DNA from: Torpedo marmorata
Lineage: Eukaryota
DNA: 64,000 nucleotides
Assembly (NCBI GenBank): GCA_977017645.1
Contig: OZ360236.1
Span: 71,238,001-71,302,000 of the forward strand
Direction: 5' to 3'
Position 1 is the stretch's first letter. Each line of letters starts with the position of its first letter. The translations under genes and the position numbers were made by a program. A model generated the notes under the pieces. That model was not told the origin of the DNA, made no database searches, and was given only the letters and a program-made list of their open reading frames with translations. Below are positions 35,597 to 47,561 of the stretch, one piece after another.

Positions 35597-36404
35597 AATG
35601 GCCACATGAAGTGGTAAGTCTGGGAAGAAAGAAGAAGTGCCAACTAATCTGACTTTGAAGGCTATTTCTGAGCTACTGGATCAGCACGGACAGCCGTTAT
35701 CTGACGAGTTTAAAGCTATTTTAAATCAGATTGATGCTAAACTTGAGCAAGTCCGGTGTTTAACCCAGGAACAGGGTGAACGTTTATCATCTTTTGAGCT
35801 CATTCTGAACAATTTGACCGAGCGTGTAGACGGATTAGAAGAAGCGTGCTCCAAACTGAGTGACAGTAATTCAAAGCTAATGGCGAAAGTAGTTGACCTA
35901 GTAGGCAGGAGCAGACGACAAAATCTACATATTCTGGGTTTGGCTGAATCTACCGAAAGTGGGCAACTTACAAATTTTTTTTGGGAGCTGCTTTGCGTGG
36001 TTTGTGGGAAGGAGTTGCTCCCATCTCCGCCAGAGATTGATCGAGTGCATCACTCACTAATACCCAAGCCGGCTCAGGGGCAGAGACCGTGCACGGTCAT
36101 TCTACGCCTGCATCGATATCAAATAAAGGATCTTCTGATTCGTAAAGCTCGTCAAAGAGGGAAACTCGAATATCGCGGCTAGCAGATCAGGATTGTAGAA
36201 GATTATTGTCCAGAAGTTTTGAAGGAGCGTGCTGAATACAGAGAAGTAATGTTGGAGTTGTATAAGCGTGGTTCCAAGCCTTCCCTGTTGTATCCCGCGC
36301 GCCTCCGCATTACACTTTCTAGCGGTCATAAGAAGTGGCTGCCCTCGGTTGAAGTGGCTCGGAATTATATAGATGGTCTCCCCACTACATCGCGCCCAGT
36401 GTGA
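35597..36404 (+). pseudogene. L1-A ORF1p (transposase_22-like)
   Basis: Coiled coil followed by RSRRQNLHILGLAE, EIDRVHHSL, PCTVILRLH and LLYPARLRIT; contains internal stops. Confidence 0.8.
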
Positions 36405-37511
36405 ATTTCTACTCGATGACTGAAGCTGATTGACTATTATTACTTTTAAGGTTTCTAACACTTGTTATATAACATTTGTTGGGAAAGTACTGGTTGATTC
36501 TCTTTGCTTTGGCAACATTTTATGGAGTAAAAAACCCACTCTGGTTGTCGTCATGTAAGTATTTTTCTTTGTATTAAATTCATTGAGCTATTAAATTTCT
36601 AAGTGAAGAACGTTGAGAATTATACATTTATTTTTCTCTCAGTAAAAATGGTTCATATTATTACTTTATTATATACTTTTTAGAACTGTATGAGAAATTC
36701 TAAAGAAATCTTTTATAATATGGCTGTGGTTTTAGCAAAGTTATGTATTGTTTGGAAGTATTGAGTATATTTACAATAACAAGAATGGAGCTAGATATAA
36801 TAAGTTCAACAAGATTTGTTTGGGTGAGGAATGATTGTTTTGAAGAGCTTTCTGTTGGCATCTTTAGCAGTTGTCTGGCTTTTGGGTTGGGGGGAGGGGG
36901 GAAGGGAGGGAGGTTGTTTTCTTAAGATTGTTATGACTTTACTAGTTTCAATCTTTTGCTCAAGGCTAACACCTAGAGTTTGGATATTATTTGTGTTAAT
37001 CAACTTACAGTATTAATTAAAAATATGGATAATGTTATTAATTTCCTTAGTTGGAACGTGAAAGGCTTGAACCATCCAGTTAAAAGAAAAAAAGTGTTTT
37101 CACATATTAATCAACTTAAAGCTACAATTGTATTTTTACAAGAAACACACATTCGTAGTCGTGATAATTCTCGTCTTATGACACGGTGGAGGGGCAGAAT
37201 TTTCATTCTTCATTTCAGGCTAAAGCCAGAGGGGTGTCGATTCTTATTAATCAAAATATTCCTTTTGTTCATCATAGTGTTGTATCAGATACAAATGGTC
37301 GTTCTATTATTGTTTCAAGGAAATTGTATAATGGTAGTTCTTGCTAATGTCCATGCCCTAATGTAGATGATGTGGGGTTTTTTGAGCACTTTTTTTCTTC
37401 TCCATCGGACTTGAGTTTATACACTCTGGTGCTTCGTGGGGATTTTAATTGCCGGTTAGACCCTGCTTTGGCCCATTCGTCTCCTAACCCTGTCACAATG
37501 AGTAAATCCAC

Positions 37512-40500
37512 ATGATAGATAGACAAGGACTACAATGTGGTTATGATGGATTCTAAAAGTATAAATTTAGTAAGTTTGAATATAAATGGGCTTAATAATC
37601 CAATAAAGCGGAAAAGAACTTTGGCATACATGAAAAAGTTGAAAGTAGATATAGCTTTTCTACAGGAAACTCATTTAACAGAGGTTGAGCATCAGAAATT
37701 AAAAAGAGACTGGGTTGGACATGTTGTAGCTTCAACATTTAATTCTAAAGCTAGAGGAGTTGCAATTTTGGTTAATAAAAAACTACCTTTTAAAATACAG
37801 TCGGTAGTAATAGATGTGGCAGGTAGATATGTTTTAGTTAATTGTCAGATTTATTCAGAATTTTGGACACTTTTGAATGTATATGTTTCAAATCCAGATG
37901 ATGAACAATTTATTCAAGATGTATTTTTACATTTATCAGACGCTAAAGATAATATTTTAATTGGGGGGGATTTCAATTGTTGTCTGGATTCAATAATGGA
38001 TAGGACTTCTAGATCTTCAGTTAGGCCTAAAATAGTTAAAAGAATTATAAATTTGATGAAAGATTTGAATTTAATAGATATCTGGAGGAAATTGAATCCT
38101 AGAGAGAAAGATTATTCTTTTTATTCTTTTAGACATGATTCATATTCTAGGATAGATTTGTTTTTGATATCTTCGCAAATTCAAGATAGAATATCACAGG
38201 TATCATATAAAGCAAGATTAATTTCGGATCATTCACCTTTGTTGATGACATGTGTAATTCCGGAAAAAGAGAAAACTGTATTTAATTGGAGATTTGATTC
38301 ATCTTTATTGAAAAGGAAAGATTTTTGTGAATATATGAGAAAGGAAATTCAAGAATTTTTGAGGATAAATGATCAATCAGTTAATGATAAATTTATAATT
38401 TGGGAAACTTTAAAGGCTTATCTTAGAGGTTTGATAATAAGTTATTCGGCAAAAATTAAGCAAGATTATTTGAAAGAAGCAGAAGATTTAGAGAAAGAGA
38501 TTGAGATTATGGAAAAAGATTTACAGAAGAATAAATCAATTCGTAAGAGAAATAGTTTGGTGAGGAAAAAATTACATTATAATTTATTACAAACGTATAA
38601 AACGGAAAAATTAATAGAAAAAATGAAACAAAGATACTATGAATTAGGAGAAAAGGCTCATAAAGTTTTAGCGTGGCAATTGAAAAAGGAACAGGTTTCT
38701 AAAACTATAAATGCTATAAAAAAAAAAAATACTGGTGAAATAACTTATAAACCTAAAGAAATAAACGATTCTTTTAAAGATTATTATCAGAATTTATATA
38801 GATCTCAGGTAGTTCAGGATGATTTAAAAATTAATGGATTTCTATCTAGAATTACTTTACCTAAATTGAATGTTCAAAATAAAAAATTTTTGGACTTACC
38901 TTTTACGATGAGAGAAGTAAATGAAGCATTATCGACGTTAAAAAGTGGTAAATCCCCTGGTGATGATGGATTTCCAGTAGAATTTTATAAAGAATTTAAA
39001 GATTTATTGATACCTTTATATATGGAGGTATTAAGTCAGATTACGGAAACTCATTTATTACCAAAAACTTTTTTAAATGCTATTATTACAGTTATACCAA
39101 AAAAAGATAGAGATGTATTAAAAACTGAATCATATAGACCTATTTCTTTATTAAATGTAGATTATAAGATTATGGCAAAAATTTTGGCTAATAGAATAGC
39201 TAAATATTTGCCAAATTTGATACATTCAGATCAAGCTGGTTTTATTAAAAATAGATATTCTAAAGATAATATAGCTAGATTATTAAGTTTAATTAATTTT
39301 CATAAAAAGAAACAAGATTTACCATTGGTGATTACGTTGGATGCAGAAAAGGCTTTTGATAGATTAGAATGGAATTTTTTATTTAAGGTATTAGAAAAAT
39401 TTGGTTTTGGGAATACTTTTATAAATTGGATTAAAACTATATATAAGGAACCTACAGCTAAAGTAATTACAAATGGACAAATATCGTCAAAATTTTCTTT
39501 AACGCGTTCTACAAGACAGGGTTGTCCCTTATCACCAGCTTTATTTGTTTTGGCAATAGAACCTGTAGCTGAATTGATTAGGACAGATCCTAATATAGTG
39601 GGGATTAAAGTTGGTATAGAAGAGCATAAGATTAGTTTGTTTGCAGATGATGTATTAATATATATGACAAAATCAGTTTCATCACTTCAACATTTAGCTA
39701 TTATATTAACAGAATATGGTGAAATTTCTGGATATAAAATTAATGCGGATAAAAGTGAAATAATGGCTTTATCTCAAGGTGATTATACTAGATGTAAAGA
39801 AGTTACGGAATTTAAATGGGCAAAAGAAGGAATTAAATATTTGGGAGTAAAAGTAGATACAAAATTAGAGAATTTATATAAATTAAATTATGTACCTTTA
39901 CTTACAAAAATAAAGAAAGATTTGGAAAATTGGAAAGATTTACCTATAACTTTAATGGGGAGAGTAAATTGTATTAAGATGAATATTTTTCCAAGAATTC
40001 AATATCTTTTCCAATCAATTCCTTTTGGAATTCCAAAAAAATTTTTTAAAGATTTAAAATTTATAGTTAGGAAATTTTTATGGAAAGGGAAGTTAGCAAG
40101 AGTGAGTATGGAGAAGTTAACATGGAATTATGAGATGGGAGGTATGCAACTCCCTAATTTTCAATATTATTATAAAGCAGCTCAATTAAAATTTGTTAAT
40201 GAATTTTTTGATTTAGTTAAAACTTCTGCTTGGATTAATATAGAATTAAATAATATCGGAGAAAATTATAAGGAGGATATTATTTATAAGTGGAATTCTA
40301 AATTATTATCAGTTAAAAAGAAAAATTCACCGATTATTAAACATTTATTGGATATATGGACAGAGGTAGATAAAAGAATAGGTGGGAAAGGTAAGATTTC
40401 ATTAAATATGCCAATATATCAAAATCCACTTATACCGTTTTCTATGAATAATCAATTATTAAAAATATGGTTTCAAAAAGGTATTAAAAATTTTAAAGAT

Positions 40501-41618
40501 TGTTTTGAAGCTGGAAGATTTGTTACATTTCAAAGACTGAAAGAAAAATTTGATATATTAGATAATACATGGTTAGTCTATTATCAGATTAAAGCTTTTC
40601 TAGTTGAGAAATTAGGAGATAATTTGATTACTCCAAGATATAATGAGTTGGAATTATTAATTACTAAAACAAATATTAATAAGTTTATTTCTCAAATGTA
40701 TAAATTACTTCAGAAAAAAATGCCTAAAGTAGGGTTACATAAATCAAGATTAAGATGGGAATTAGATTTAAATATTAGTATAGATCAAAAACATTGGGAG
40801 GATTTATGTAAGTTAAGTATGACTAAAGTTATTAATGTTAGGTATAGATTGGTACAATATAATTTTTTTCATCAATTATACTTAACACCAAAAAAACTAA
40901 AGAAATTTAATCCGGCATTGTCAGATTTGTGTTTTAGATGTAAGAATGAAGTAGGTTCTTTTGTTCATTCTACATGGTCATGTCCTAAGATTCAAGATTT
41001 TTGGTTTAAAGTTAAGGATTTTTTAGAAAGAGTTTTCAATGTTAGGTTTTTATTGGACCCTATGTTATTTTTATTTGGAGATATTAGAAAATTTAGTATT
41101 AGGAACAGATTGAATATGTATCAGGTAGAGTTTTTACGTATTGTTTTAGCGGTTTCAAAAAAATGTATCGCTATTACTTGGAAATCAGATTTAGATTTGA
41201 ATTTAGATAGATGGCATGCAGAACTTCGTTCATGTATTCCTTTGGAAAAAATTACCTATAATTTACGGAATAAATATCATTTATTTTTAAAAATTTGGAG
41301 CCCATACATGAGGGTTATGGGTTTGAGGATTTGAAATTTTTTGGGAACTAGGTCTATTGGCGAGTTCAACCTCCAGATTAGAATTAGTTTTTAGATGGCT
41401 CTCTCCTCATTATTAATCTCTTTCTCTTTTTCTCTTTATTTTTCTTTATCTATTTTATTTTTAGTATAGTGGGACTGGGGGGTTGGGGAGGGGTGGGAGG
41501 GAGTGGGGGGAGGAAATTTATATCACTGTATTTTGGAATTATATATTTTGGATTTTGAATTATGTATTATGTGATTTAAAAAATTTAAATAAAATAATAA
41601 AAAAAAAAATAAAAAAAA
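37512..41618 (+). mobile_element. L1-B: young AT-rich L1 inserted in the L1-A endonuclease region
   Basis: Perfect 17-bp TSD ACAATGAGTAAATCCAC (37495-37511 and 41619-41635), poly(A) tail and G-rich 3' UTR. Confidence 0.95.
37543..41334 (+). CDS. Intact L1 ORF2p (APE endonuclease, RT, C-terminal Cys/His motif)
   Basis: Uninterrupted frame with NINGLN, QETH, GGDFN, SRID and SDH (EN); YRPISLLN, DAEKAFD, QGCPLSP and FADD (RT); and CFRC..H..WSC. Confidence 0.95.
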   Translation: MMDSKSINLVSLNINGLNNPIKRKRTLAYMKKLKVDIAFLQETHLTEVEHQKLKRDWVGHVVASTFNSKARGVAILVNKKLPFKIQSVVIDVAGRYVLVNCQIYSEFWTLLNVYVSNPDDEQFIQDVFLHLSDAKDNILIGGDFNCCLDSIMDRTSRSSVRPKIVKRIINLMKDLNLIDIWRKLNPREKDYSFYSFRHDSYSRIDLFLISSQIQDRISQVSYKARLISDHSPLLMTCVIPEKEKTVFNWRFDSSLLKRKDFCEYMRKEIQEFLRINDQSVNDKFIIWETLKAYLRGLIISYSAKIKQDYLKEAEDLEKEIEIMEKDLQKNKSIRKRNSLVRKKLHYNLLQTYKTEKLIEKMKQRYYELGEKAHKVLAWQLKKEQVSKTINAIKKKNTGEITYKPKEINDSFKDYYQNLYRSQVVQDDLKINGFLSRITLPKLNVQNKKFLDLPFTMREVNEALSTLKSGKSPGDDGFPVEFYKEFKDLLIPLYMEVLSQITETHLLPKTFLNAIITVIPKKDRDVLKTESYRPISLLNVDYKIMAKILANRIAKYLPNLIHSDQAGFIKNRYSKDNIARLLSLINFHKKKQDLPLVITLDAEKAFDRLEWNFLFKVLEKFGFGNTFINWIKTIYKEPTAKVITNGQISSKFSLTRSTRQGCPLSPALFVLAIEPVAELIRTDPNIVGIKVGIEEHKISLFADDVLIYMTKSVSSLQHLAIILTEYGEISGYKINADKSEIMALSQGDYTRCKEVTEFKWAKEGIKYLGVKVDTKLENLYKLNYVPLLTKIKKDLENWKDLPITLMGRVNCIKMNIFPRIQYLFQSIPFGIPKKFFKDLKFIVRKFLWKGKLARVSMEKLTWNYEMGGMQLPNFQYYYKAAQLKFVNEFFDLVKTSAWINIELNNIGENYKEDIIYKWNSKLLSVKKKNSPIIKHLLDIWTEVDKRIGGKGKISLNMPIYQNPLIPFSMNNQLLKIWFQKGIKNFKDCFEAGRFVTFQRLKEKFDILDNTWLVYYQIKAFLVEKLGDNLITPRYNELELLITKTNINKFISQMYKLLQKKMPKVGLHKSRLRWELDLNISIDQKHWEDLCKLSMTKVINVRYRLVQYNFFHQLYLTPKKLKKFNPALSDLCFRCKNEVGSFVHSTWSCPKIQDFWFKVKDFLERVFNVRFLLDPMLFLFGDIRKFSIRNRLNMYQVEFLRIVLAVSKKCIAITWKSDLDLNLDRWHAELRSCIPLEKITYNLRNKYHLFLKIWSPYMRVMGLRI

Positions 41619-43866
41619 ACAATGAGTAAATCCACCTCATTAATTCATTCTTATCAAATTATGGTATCTCTGATGTCTGGCGTTTTCTTCATCCAAATAG
41701 GAGAGAGTATTCTTTTTTTTCACGCGTTCATCACACTTTTTCTCGAATTGATTATTTTCTTATTGATAATCAATTGATCCCACTGACTCAGTTGAGAGGT
41801 TTTGAAGCCAAGCGGCAAATTACAAAGATTCGAATGGATGATGGTAACATTACTACAGATCATTCTGAGATAAATGATACATTCAGGAAATTTTATTCCC
41901 AACTTTATACTTCTGAATTCACAGATGATAGGAGTTTGATGAACAGTTTTCTGGATCGCTTAAATATTCCTTCACTTTCTCTGATTAACTAAGCGAGATT
42001 AGATGAGCCAATATCGCAAGAGGAAATAGCTACTGCTATTTCTTCATTGCAATCTGGAAAATCTCCAGGACCTGACGGGTTTCCTGTGGAGATTTTTTAA
42101 ATCATATTCTCAATTGCTTTCACCTCAATTAAGTTCTGTATTATCTGATTCGTTTCAGCAAGGTAATCTTCCAGCATCTTTTAACGAAGCGTGTATATCT
42201 CTCATAGTAAAGAAAGGTAAAGATCCAAATGAGTGCTCCTCCTACAGGCCAATTTCTTTATTAAATGTTGATGTTAAAATCTTGGCGAAAGTTTTGGCCT
42301 GTAGATTGGAGAATATTTTACCATCAATCATTTCTGAAGATCAGACTGGTTTTATTAAAAACCATTATTCTTATTTTAATATACGTCACTTATTGGATAT
42401 TTTGTACTTACCTTCCAGTGCGGAATAATTTTGGACCATGTTTTATTGCATGGATTAAATTATTGTATTCATGCCATGTGGCTTCAATTCTTACTAACTT
42501 TCAATAGTCACAACTTTTCAATATCCAACGGGGAACCCGTCAAGGGTGTCCTTTAAGTCCATTAATTTTTGATTTGGCCATAAGAGCCATTAGCAATTGC
42601 ATTTTGAGAGTGCGAGGATATTTCAGGGATTTGTATGAAGCGAATTGAACATAAAGTTTCCCTTTACGCGGATGATCTCCTGCTTTTCATATCAAGCACT
42701 GACACCTCCTTACCTTCCATGCCGTCATTACTTTCTCAATTTAGTCAGTTTTCAGGATATAGATTAAATTTGCATAAAAGTGAACTTCTCCCTTTGAATG
42801 CATCTGCGTCAGTGTACACTAGTCTCCCTTTTAAGATTGTGAGAAATCAATTTACTTATCTTGGTATTACAGTTACAAAGAATCATAAGTATCTTTTTAA
42901 AGGAAATTTCCTTGCTTTATTAAAACAGGTGAAACAGTCCCTAACGCAATGGTCGCCCCTGTCTATATCTCTGGTTGGTCGTATTAATTCTATCAAAATG
43001 AATATCCTACCTAAATTTTTATATCTTTTTCAATCTATACCAATTTTCATTCCCAAATCATATTTTGATTCACTTGATTCGGCTATATCATCTTATATAT
43101 GGAAGGGTAAGCGCCCTCGTCTAAATAAAGTTCATCTTCAAAAATCCAAAATAACGGAGGCATGGCGCTACATAATTTCAGATTTTATTATTGGGCAATC
43201 AATATACGTAACCTTATGTTTTGGTTACATTTTCATAATCAAGTGGACCGTCCAGTATGGGTAGCAATGGAATTGAATTCTGCTAAAAGCTTTTCCATCT
43301 CAGCACTTCTTGGATCCTCACTTCCTGGGGAATTTACTAGCAAATCAGTTTAAACATAATTATGTTAAACAAATAATATCTGAGATTAGAAAGGAAGATG
43401 GGACAAAAACATTAGATTTGGAAGAAATTAATGAAACCTTCCGCAAGTATTATTCCAAACTTTATAGTTCAGAAGTTACGGAACCCAATTATGCAATTCA
43501 TAGGTTCTTAAATGAACTGGATATACCTTCTCTGCCAATAAAGAGAGACTCTGGAGAAAGCTATAACCTCTGAAGAGATAGCAGAAGCAATTTGTAAGCT
43601 ACAATCTGGAAAGGCACCTGGTCCTGACAGGTTTCCAGTTGAATTTTATAAAACTTTTGCAGATTTATTAATTCCTTAATACCACTTTAGCTGAAGCGTT
43701 CAATAAAGGAAAATTACCTCTATTTCGTTGATTTTAAAAAAGTATAAGGACCCATTAGACTGCCTCATATCGCCCAATATCTTTACTTAATGTTGATATT
43801 AAAATATTATCTAAGATATTGGCACAAAGAATTGAAAAAATTATGCCTTTAATTATCTCGGAAGAT

Positions 43867-46800
43867 GGGAGGTCACGTGATGCGGAGATAAGGAGAAGAC
43901 ACGGACACAAGGGCTCCCTGATAGATCGATATTTAAAGCCATTAAGAACAGTCAGTTTAGCATTAAATACATAAATATCTCTTCAAATATGGGAAAGAAG
44001 ACAAAACACCAAGTTTCTGCGAAAGAAGAAGCCTCCAGGTCGCCGATATCAACGGGTGATTCTCCTCGCGGAAGCGGCGGGTTGGGAACCTCAATTATGA
44101 CGCCGGCGCTGGAAGAAACGAGTGGGGCCCCAGAGCCCACATCGCGGGATATCCTGCAAGCTGTGCAGGTTCAAGCAGGCAAGATTACTAGGCTCGAAGC
44201 CAATTTTACTGGGCTAGACGCCAAGATTGCTGGGCTCGACGCCAAGTTTGGAGAGCTCACAGCTGGGATCAGAGAGCTGAAGAACTCGTTTGGAGCTTTA
44301 ACCTCCCGAGTGGGGGAGTTTGAAGATAAAATGGAGGACGTCTAGGAGAAGCTAGAAAAGCAGGAAAATAATATCGATGCATGGAAGGTGGAGAGAGACA
44401 ATATTTTGGAGAAGCTTGATAGGCTGGAGAACTTCAGCAGGAGAAATAATAGCAGGATAATTGGGCTGAAGAAGGGGAAGGAGGGGAAAGATCCAGTGGG
44501 TTTTTTGAAAGGTGGATCCCAAAGATCCTGGGCCAGGAAAACTTTAAAAAAACTTTATTCATAGAAAGGGCCCAACGGACAGTCGGACCCCGACCAGACC
44601 CATGCCAACGACCAAGACCAGTCCTGGTGCATTTGCTCAACTACCAGGACCGGGAGAGGATCCTGCGCGCGGCAACCGCACGTGCGAGAGAAAATGGCGG
44701 GCCCATTGATCCAGAGGGGGAGAAGGTACTTTTCTTCCCAGTAAAAAACACAAATGCTGGAGAAACTCAGCAGGTCAAACAGTGTCTTTTATGTAGCAAA
44801 GGTAGAAATACATAACCGACGTTTCGGGCTTGATGAAGGGCTCAAGCCCGAAACGTCAGTTATGTATTTCTACCTTTGCTACATAAAAGACACTGTTTGA
44901 CCTGCTGAGTTTCTCCAGCATTTGTGTTTTTTACTTCAACCACGGTGTCCACAGATTTTCGTGTTTTACTTTTCTTCCCAGACCTGAGTGCGGCCTTGGT
45001 GAAGCGTCGGAGGGCGTTCGACACAGTGAAATGGCAGCTGAGAGCGAAGGGGATTCCATATGCGCTACTCCACCCCGCGACGCTGAGACTCGACACACCA
45101 GAAGGAGCCAGAATGTTCTTCGGGACGCCCCGGGAGGCTGCGGACTTTGTTCGAGACCTCCCGGGGAGATCCTAAGGTTTGGAGAAAGGAACGAGGAGGA
45201 AAGAAGGACTTTGATTGAACTTAAAGTGGGACGCTGGTTAAGAGGGATGGTTTTGTTTTCTGTAATAGTATCGTTATACTGAGTTGTGTTATATTGAGTA
45301 AATAATGGTTTTTAAGGTTAATAATATAAAGAGGCTGGAATGGCCTTTCTTATTTAAAGTACTGGAGAAATTTGGATTGGGAGAATCATTTATTAACTGG
45401 GTAAGAACGCTCTATTACAAACCTCAGGCCAAGATCATTACGAATGGCCAGATATCGTCGACATTCCCCTTAAGTAGGTCTCGCAGACAGAGTTGTCCAC
45501 TGTCTCCAGGTCTTTTTATCTTGGCAATTGAGCCACTGGCAGAATCTATTAGGCAGGACCCAGACATAAAAGGATTCAGGGTGGACCAGGTATAACATAA
45601 AATTAATTTATTTGCAGATGATGTGTTGTTGTATTTGACAGACCCTGCCGAGTCCTTGGCCAGGTTGCAGACCACACTGGAAGATTACGGCGTGATTTTG
45701 GGTTACAAAATCAATTTAGAAAAAAGTGAGATCATGCCGTTGACAAAATTTGATTACGGGGAATATCAACAAAAAAGTCGCTTTAAGTGGCAACCAAATG
45801 GTATTAAATATTTGGGAATAATGATTGACAATGATTTGCAAAATTTGTATAGACTTAACTACCTCCCTATGCTTGGAAAGATCGAAGACGATTTACTTAG
45901 GTGGAGGGACCTGCCCATTACTCTAGTGGGCAGGGTGAACTGCATTAAAATGAAGGTGATGCCGAGACTGCAATACCTCTTTCAGTCGTTGCCAATCCCA
46001 TTGCCGCGGGTCTTTTTTAAAGCACTTAACGAACATGTAAGGCAATTTATCTGGAGTGGCAAGGTCTCCAGAGTTTCCATGGAGAAGCTGACATGGGATT
46101 ACAATTTGGGGGCTTTGCGATTTCCAGATTTTAAGAAATATTATTTAGCAGCTCAGTCGAGGTTTCTTTCATCCTTTTTCGAGGGGGACGATCCCCCCTC
46201 ATGGGTCCAAATTGGACTACACACCATAGGAGAGAAAATAGCGAAGGACTTTATCTACAAATGGAACACCAAATTAATATCTAGGCGAACAGACAATCCC
46301 ATTCTAAAACATATGATTAAGATTTGGCAGGGAATCATTGAATGTACTGAAGGAAAGGTGGAAATATCACCAAAGGCACCTTTGATCCAAAACGAAACTA
46401 TACCCATGGCTTTGGGTAACAAAATTTTAAACATTTGGCACCAGAAGGGACTCCGATATATTGAAGACTGTTACGAGAAAGGACAACTTATGTCTTTTGA
46501 GCAATTGAAGAGTAAATATGATTTGTCTGATGGAACCTTCTACTGTTTTCTTCAACTAAGGTCCTTCTTGAAGGATAGATGGGGTCCTACAATGACCCCA
46601 CCTAGGTGTAATGAAATGGAAAAGTTGCTTCGATTGGGAAATGCACTTAAATTCATATCTAGAATGTATTTTGTACTCCAAAGCGAAAGCCCTAAGCCGG
46701 GCCTACAAAGATCGAGAGAGAGGTGGGAGTCGGACTTGGTCACGAATGATGCTGGTCAGACTGGTATTTAGATAGCATGACAGCAGTTATTAATGCCAGA

Positions 46801-47561
46801 TACAGGCTGGTTCAATATAATTTCCTACACCAATTGTATCTCACACCACAAAAACTACACAAGTCAAAACTAGAGATATCAGAAATGTGTTTCAGGTGTG
46901 GGATAGAAATTGGATCCTTTTTACACTCCACCTGGTCATGTGCAAAGGTAAGGCCCTTTTGGCATGATTTGGCTAACGTACTAACTAGAATTATGGGAGT
47001 AGCCTTCCCACTAGACCCAGAGTTGTATCTTTTAGGAAACCTCATGGACATAAGCAACAGAGATTATGTAAATTCCAAATTCAATTTGTAAAGTTGCTCT
47101 GTCCGTAGCAAAAAAATGCATTGCAGTTACTTGGAAGTCCGACTCCCTTCTTCTCATCACTCGATGGTCTACGGAAATGTACAGCTGTATCCCCATGGAA
47201 AAAATTACATATAGTCTTAGAAATAAGTACGATAACTTTGTTAAAGTGTGGCAACCATGCTTGGAGCACATTGGTGCTCAGTTGTAATCAAACCTCTGAG
47301 GTATGGTATACTGTAAGGTATAATTATTTTAAGGGTGTATCATCCCCAAATACTTGGACAAAAGTTGTAAGCGCTGACGGTACGTTTAGTTTTCTTTTCC
47401 TTTTCTTCTGTTTTGGTTTTATTCTTTTTGGGTGGGGGAGGGAGGGTTAAGGGGCGTAATGTATTCTGTAGTTGATACGTTTGAAATGTATGTATGTTCG
47501 TGATTGTTTATTAATGTTTTGTGAAAATTTTGAAAATGAAAAATAAAATATTTTAAAAAAA
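43867..47561 (+). mobile_element. L1-D: L1 with intact 5' end and ORF1 but internally deleted ORF2, inserted in L1-C
   Basis: 16-bp TSD AATTATCTCGGAAGAT (43851-43866 and 47562-47577). ORF1 remnant 43989-45175; ORF2 resumes at RLEWPFLFKVL (about 45332); poly(A) tail. Confidence 0.88.
44742..44966 (+). mobile_element. 225-bp fold-back Penelope pLTR derivative in L1-D ORF1
   Basis: 93-bp inverted arms (one mismatch) plus a 32-nt tail; 15-bp TSD TACTTTTCTTCCCAG (44727-44741 and 44967-44981). Hammerhead-like TTGATGA-A-GGGC-TCAA-GCCC-GAAAC-GTC at 44830-44857. Confidence 0.88.
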
